64,000 nt of DNA from Thermodesulfovibrionales bacterium. Its GTDB lineage: Bacteria; Nitrospirota; Thermodesulfovibrionia; Thermodesulfovibrionales; SM23-35. Of the stretch, positions 59,911-64,000 are shown one piece after another. Position 1 is the stretch's first letter. Each line of letters begins with the position of its first letter. The DNA lies in contig CAVQRT010000003.1 in assembly GCA_963715195.1 (NCBI GenBank), positions 32,001-96,000 of the forward strand, read 5' to 3'. The notes under the pieces are model-generated. The model worked only from the letters and a program-made list of their open reading frames with translations, was not told where the DNA came from and did no database searches. A program made the translations under genes and the position numbers.

Positions 59911-60732
59911 TTAGAAGCCTTGGTGTGTAGTTCTCTTGCTGAGAAATCCCATAATTTCTTGCCACCAAGGTTGCCCTACAATTCTTGGCCAATCGTTATG
60001 CCCAACCCCTTTCATTACCCACATCGCTTTGCTTCCAGGTAAGGATTGATACAATGCAGTGGCGTGCCCTATCGGGATTATCTCATCCCGTTCTGCTCCC
60101 ACTATGGCAGCTCTTCCCTGATAGCCTTTGAGATTCCCCATGGTGTCATATTTATCTTTCATAAAAAACTGTACCGGAAGCCAGGGGAATTTAGATTTGG
60201 CAACGGACAGGAGTGTATCCCACGGGGTAATGAGGAGAATTCCATCGATGTTACCAGGTGCATCCTTCGCTACTGCTGCTACCACTCCACAGCCTAAAGA
60301 TTCTCCCAAAAGAAAAAGTGGTCTTCCATAGCGTTTGTATGCAAGGCGTAATGTTTCTTTTGCATCGCTCACAAAAGACTTCTCTCCTAATTCTCCGGCT
60401 CTTGCTCCGTAACCTGGGTATTCGGCAAGGATAACCCGATACCCCAAAGGTTCTAATGCTTTCATATAATAGGTCCTATCTGCTGCTGTGCCGGCATTTC
60501 CATGAAAAACTATTATTGTACCTCTTAGGTGATTGATCTCAGCAGTGCCAACAAATCCTTTATAGCTGTCTTTGCCAGACGGCCAAAATTGAATATTGTT
60601 GGCATTGAGTGCTTCCTGAGAAGGTATAAAGGAACTTGGGTAATAGAGAAGTCTGTACTGAAAATCACAGCCGGAAAGAGCCATTAGAGTGATCATCGGG
60701 ATGAACACATTTTTCGCAATGATCGTAATCAT
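59911..60732 (-). CDS. Alpha/beta hydrolase, possible lipoprotein
   Basis: LSGC lipobox, FHGNAG, EYPGYG, GESLG, DEII, GHND. Confidence 0.88.
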   Translation of the reverse strand: MITIIAKNVFIPMITLMALSGCDFQYRLLYYPSSFIPSQEALNANNIQFWPSGKDSYKGFVGTAEINHLRGTIIVFHGNAGTAADRTYYMKALEPLGYRVILAEYPGYGARAGELGEKSFVSDAKETLRLAYKRYGRPLFLLGESLGCGVVAAVAKDAPGNIDGILLITPWDTLLSVAKSKFPWLPVQFFMKDKYDTMGNLKGYQGRAAIVGAERDEIIPIGHATALYQSLPGSKAMWVMKGVGHNDWPRIVGQPWWQEIMGFLSKRTTHQGF

Positions 60733-60866
60733 TTACAATAACTTTTCCCGAAACCCAGCTCCCGCCCCAGATTACCATAGAAACAACAACCAATGACTTA
60801 GACAGCGCAGTTTTATTGGAGCTGCTTGTTTTCACAATATGACAACAAGTTTTTTGTAAGTCTAAT

Positions 60867-61868
60867 TTACTGTATCCCCTTTGCCATATCTTGCAGCTTT
60901 TTCAGTTTTGAGATTTCACCGACAGCTATCAAAGTATCTCCTGCATTTATTGCACTGCTAAAAGTAGGATTGAATTTCATATCGCCACCTGATTGTTGGA
61001 TGGCAACAATAATTACTCCAAAGTCTCTCCCAATACCACACTCAGATAGCGTAAGCCCAGCGAGTTTCGAACTTTCCACAACTGGTATTTCCGCAAGCTG
61101 GAGATCGATATTGCCACTCTTTGTTGCAAATTCCAGGAAATCGGCAACGGCAGGCTTTAAGACAGTATGCGCCATTTTGAGCCCTCCAATATGATATGGC
61201 GATACAACTCTGTCAGCCCCGGCTCTGAGCAACTTTTTCTCTGATCCTTCTTCTCCAGCACGTGCAACTATGAACAAATTAGGGTTTAAACCCCTCGCAC
61301 TTAAGACGACAAAAAGGTTTTCTGCATCAGAGGGAAGCACAGAGATCAAACACTTTGCTTTCCCTATTCCAACCGTCTTCAATGTCTCATCTCTTGTAGC
61401 ATCTCCATGAATAAGTAATATATCCTCTTTTTCGACTGAGGGTCCCGTTTCCTTCTCGATAACGATAAATCTTTTTCCCTCGTTAAGGAGCTCTTTTGCT
61501 ATTATCTTTCCCATTCTGCCAAATCCACAGATGATATAGTGATCTTCAAATTTTTCTAATCTCTTTTCCAACCTTTTCCTCCAGAATATTCTGTGTAATT
61601 CACCTTCTACGATAAACTGTGCTCCTATTCCTAAAGAATAGAATACAGTTCCAACACCACTTATGACAAGAATGATCGTAAATACCTTTCCAGCAACTGA
61701 TAAGTCATGAATCTCCTTAAACCCAACGGTTGTGAGAGTAATCATCGTCATGTAAAGTGAATCTAGGAGGCTCCAACCTTCTATGCTCATATACCCAAAA
61801 GTTCCAAAAGATATGATGAGGCAAAGCAGCATACCCGAAAGAATGAGCCGCTTTTTAAGCTCTTTCAC
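60867..61868 (-). CDS. Potassium channel with RCK/TrkA domains (MthK/Kch-like)
   Basis: Selectivity filter TLTTVGF, ICGFGRMG, GDAT, TrkA-C. Confidence 0.92.
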   Translation of the reverse strand: MKELKKRLILSGMLLCLIISFGTFGYMSIEGWSLLDSLYMTMITLTTVGFKEIHDLSVAGKVFTIILVISGVGTVFYSLGIGAQFIVEGELHRIFWRKRLEKRLEKFEDHYIICGFGRMGKIIAKELLNEGKRFIVIEKETGPSVEKEDILLIHGDATRDETLKTVGIGKAKCLISVLPSDAENLFVVLSARGLNPNLFIVARAGEEGSEKKLLRAGADRVVSPYHIGGLKMAHTVLKPAVADFLEFATKSGNIDLQLAEIPVVESSKLAGLTLSECGIGRDFGVIIVAIQQSGGDMKFNPTFSSAINAGDTLIAVGEISKLKKLQDMAKGIQ

Positions 61869-62129
61869 TAATTATTGTTCCTCATATTCTTGATGAGCGA
61901 TTATTCTCAACATTATAGATACAATCATCTGAAAATTATACAGAATATTTATGTTAAAACTGTCTCTTTTTCCAGAAGCAGTATGTGTAGGAATGAAGCG
62001 TCAAGAAAACAACAATGTTACGCATAGCTGAACTACCAAAGTCATTATCCATTGAAATGGATACAAGCTTTGTCATTTCTTTCTATCGTGATGCTGGTAT
62101 GCTCTTCGTCCAGCACACGAAGAAATCAT

Positions 62130-62537
62130 TTACAGCATTGCTATTCTTTTGTCTTTGTAAGGCTGGGGCCAGTGGTATGTATCGATAAGCCAGGAGAGGT
62201 GCTCTATCAGCCGAGGCTGGTTCATCATGTTCAGCTCCTCATCGAAGATGATCCCGATAAGATAGAGGTCTGAAAATTTCCTCTGCCAGTCGACATTGCC
62301 TGCTGCAGAATCCTGCCGCATCTTTCCTTTTCTATCAACAAATGAAATGCTTATCATGACCCGCTTTCCTTTTCCGATCGGTTTCGATGAATAAATTCCC
62401 AGCCCGGAAAGGGAAATATTGGCAATGGTCGTCTTAAAAGTCATCTCCTCCTTCTGTGATGAAACATCAGCTACGCCGAAAAACTGATAGCGGTTCCAGT
62501 TGCGGGTATCGTGAGGAGCTGTCTTCTTTTTCTTCAT
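62130..62537 (-). CDS. PilZ domain protein
   Basis: RNWNR, NISLSG, IGIIF; AGGAGG RBS. Confidence 0.8.
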   Translation of the reverse strand: MKKKKTAPHDTRNWNRYQFFGVADVSSQKEEMTFKTTIANISLSGLGIYSSKPIGKGKRVMISISFVDRKGKMRQDSAAGNVDWQRKFSDLYLIGIIFDEELNMMNQPRLIEHLSWLIDTYHWPQPYKDKRIAML

Positions 62538-62564
62538 AATCCCTCCTGAGATAGTATGTCCGAA

Positions 62565-63446
62565 TTATAGCAGACCTGCACGCTCCATGATAACCGGCAC
62601 CTTATCCTCCATGCCGATCGCCATGATATGGACTCCGTCACAGATAGAACCAGCCTTCAATTGCTTGATATGACGAGCCGCGATATCCATCCCCGCTTCA
62701 AGTGCTTTTTCCTTTCCCGCTGCCTTCAGCTCATCGATCAATTCCTGCGGCACTCTTATTCCCGGGACATTTTTATTCATAAAATTGGCCATGCCGGCAG
62801 ATTTCAATACGACAATACCTGCGAGTATTTTTACCGGAAATTTCCGGGCATATTCCATAAATTTCCGAAAGGCCTCTATATCATATATCGCCTGTGTTTG
62901 AAAAAATTGAGCACCGGCATTCACTTTCTTTTCAAATTTCATGAGCTGTGGCTCAATGAAATCCGTCTCAGGCGTTACAACGGCACCCTGGAAAAATTCT
63001 GTCGGCCCTTTCAGTTCGTTTCCTGACATGTCTTTACCCTTATTCAGGCCGTCAAGAATCCTGAGCAACTGAACCGATTCGACATCATAGACCGGCTTTG
63101 CGTTTTTATGATCTCCGGCAGAGACATAATCTCCTGTCATGCAGAGAACATTTCGTATCCCAAGAATATGCGCTCCGAGCAAATCTGACTGCAGGCCGAT
63201 CCTGTTTCTGTCCCGGCATGTCATCTGGAGGATTGGTTCAAGCCCGTTTTCAAGGGCTATTTTGCATACTGCAAGCGAGCAAACCCTCATGACCGCAGAC
63301 TGATTATCGGTAACATTGGCTGCATCAATCTTTCCTTTTAGCAGTTCGATATGATGAAGCATGCCGCTAATATCAGTTCCCTTTGGAGGTCCTATCTCGG
63401 CTGTTACGACGAATTTTCCAGCATTTATGCTTTCTCGAAATGTCAT
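62565..63446 (-). CDS. metF: Methylenetetrahydrofolate reductase
   Basis: AEIGPPKG, NVTDNQ, QMTCRDRNR, TGD, FFQTQ, GVHIM. Confidence 0.92.
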   Translation of the reverse strand: MTFRESINAGKFVVTAEIGPPKGTDISGMLHHIELLKGKIDAANVTDNQSAVMRVCSLAVCKIALENGLEPILQMTCRDRNRIGLQSDLLGAHILGIRNVLCMTGDYVSAGDHKNAKPVYDVESVQLLRILDGLNKGKDMSGNELKGPTEFFQGAVVTPETDFIEPQLMKFEKKVNAGAQFFQTQAIYDIEAFRKFMEYARKFPVKILAGIVVLKSAGMANFMNKNVPGIRVPQELIDELKAAGKEKALEAGMDIAARHIKQLKAGSICDGVHIMAIGMEDKVPVIMERAGLL

Positions 63447-63459
63447 GGTATGCTCCTTG

Positions 63460-64000
63460 TCATTCCTTACCGATATCCATCCGGTAACGGATCCCTTCAA
63501 AGTGGATTTTTTCAATATTTCTGTAAGCAACAGACCTTGCATCCTTCAATGTCTTTCCCCTGCCAACCACATGGAGAACCCGGCCGCCGTCGGTAACCAT
63601 CCCTTTCACTTCGGAATTGCTCACACCAGCAAAGAAAATTTTACAATCCGGGTCATGGATATCATTAATTCCAGATATGGGGTATCCTTTTCCGTAGCGG
63701 GCCGGATAACCGGGATACCATCCCTTGTTTTTTCCATGTTTCAACTGTCTGGTTCTCCCTGCTGCCGCTACGACATCGCAGAAGTAATCTTTGCTCCATT
63801 CGACTTTCTTGTCACTGAGGACACCATTGGTAATCTGAAAACTGATATCACTCAGCGGAGTCTTCAGTCGCGGCAGAATTACTTCTGCCTCCGGATCTCC
63901 GAGACGCACATTGACCTCCAGGAGATGGGGAGTTTCATCAACCAGCATGAGTCCACAGTACAGAATCCCTTTATACGGTATACCTTCCTTTTCCCTGAAA
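63460..64000 (-). CDS. purD: Phosphoribosylamine--glycine ligase (3' part; runs off window end)
   Basis: LEVNVRLGDPE, GYP, FAG, TDGGRVL, RYRMDIG. Confidence 0.93.
   Translation of the reverse strand, partial: FREKEGIPYKGILYCGLMLVDETPHLLEVNVRLGDPEAEVILPRLKTPLSDISFQITNGVLSDKKVEWSKDYFCDVVAAAGRTRQLKHGKNKGWYPGYPARYGKGYPISGINDIHDPDCKIFFAGVSNSEVKGMVTDGGRVLHVVGRGKTLKDARSVAYRNIEKIHFEGIRYRMDIGKE

Noticed and set aside
60748..60800. Degenerate tRNA 3'-end/att-like sequence (AAACCCAGCTCCCGCCCCCA)
   Set aside because: No intact TTCRA T-loop, no cloverleaf, no integrase; too weak to call

Overview
A bacterial chromosomal window, mostly housekeeping genes. Gene content and order suggest an anaerobe of the Nitrospirota/Desulfobacterota type (inference, not established). 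Core genes: nadE, rsmI, valS, nadC, bioA, prmC, gnd, zwf, purM, surE, pcm, HU, pepF, larC, two degP paralogues, ychF, gmhA, ruvCAB, queH, queA, phoH, ybeY, metF, purD. I saw no rRNA, tRNA, CRISPR array or intact mobile element. Highlights the ORF track misses: (1) A selenium neighbourhood. A Tat-exported selenocysteine formate dehydrogenase (UGA plus SECIS) converges on a radical SAM/SPASM maturase. Its unannotated 64-aa precursor has a lipoprotein-like signal, a Pro/Ala/Thr linker, a terminal Ser-Ser-Sec-Thr-Gly motif and its own SECIS hairpin. (2) A candidate new regulon: five copies of a palindrome CCYACTYRGGTAGG, each exactly 1 nt upstream of a -35 box. They precede a chagasin-like inhibitor plus papain-family protease operon, a small protein, a PilZ gene, a response regulator and candidate sRNAs, next to a NarL-type kinase lacking its phospho-His. 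(3) Probable non-canonical starts for valS (ATT) and phoH (ACG). (4) Several unannotated micro-ORFs, including an 18-aa Lys/Ala peptide with its own promoter and terminator. (5) Remnants of pgl and glk after zwf. (6) Nine apparent extra bases in two genes, each removable as a single C and most likely an assembly artefact.
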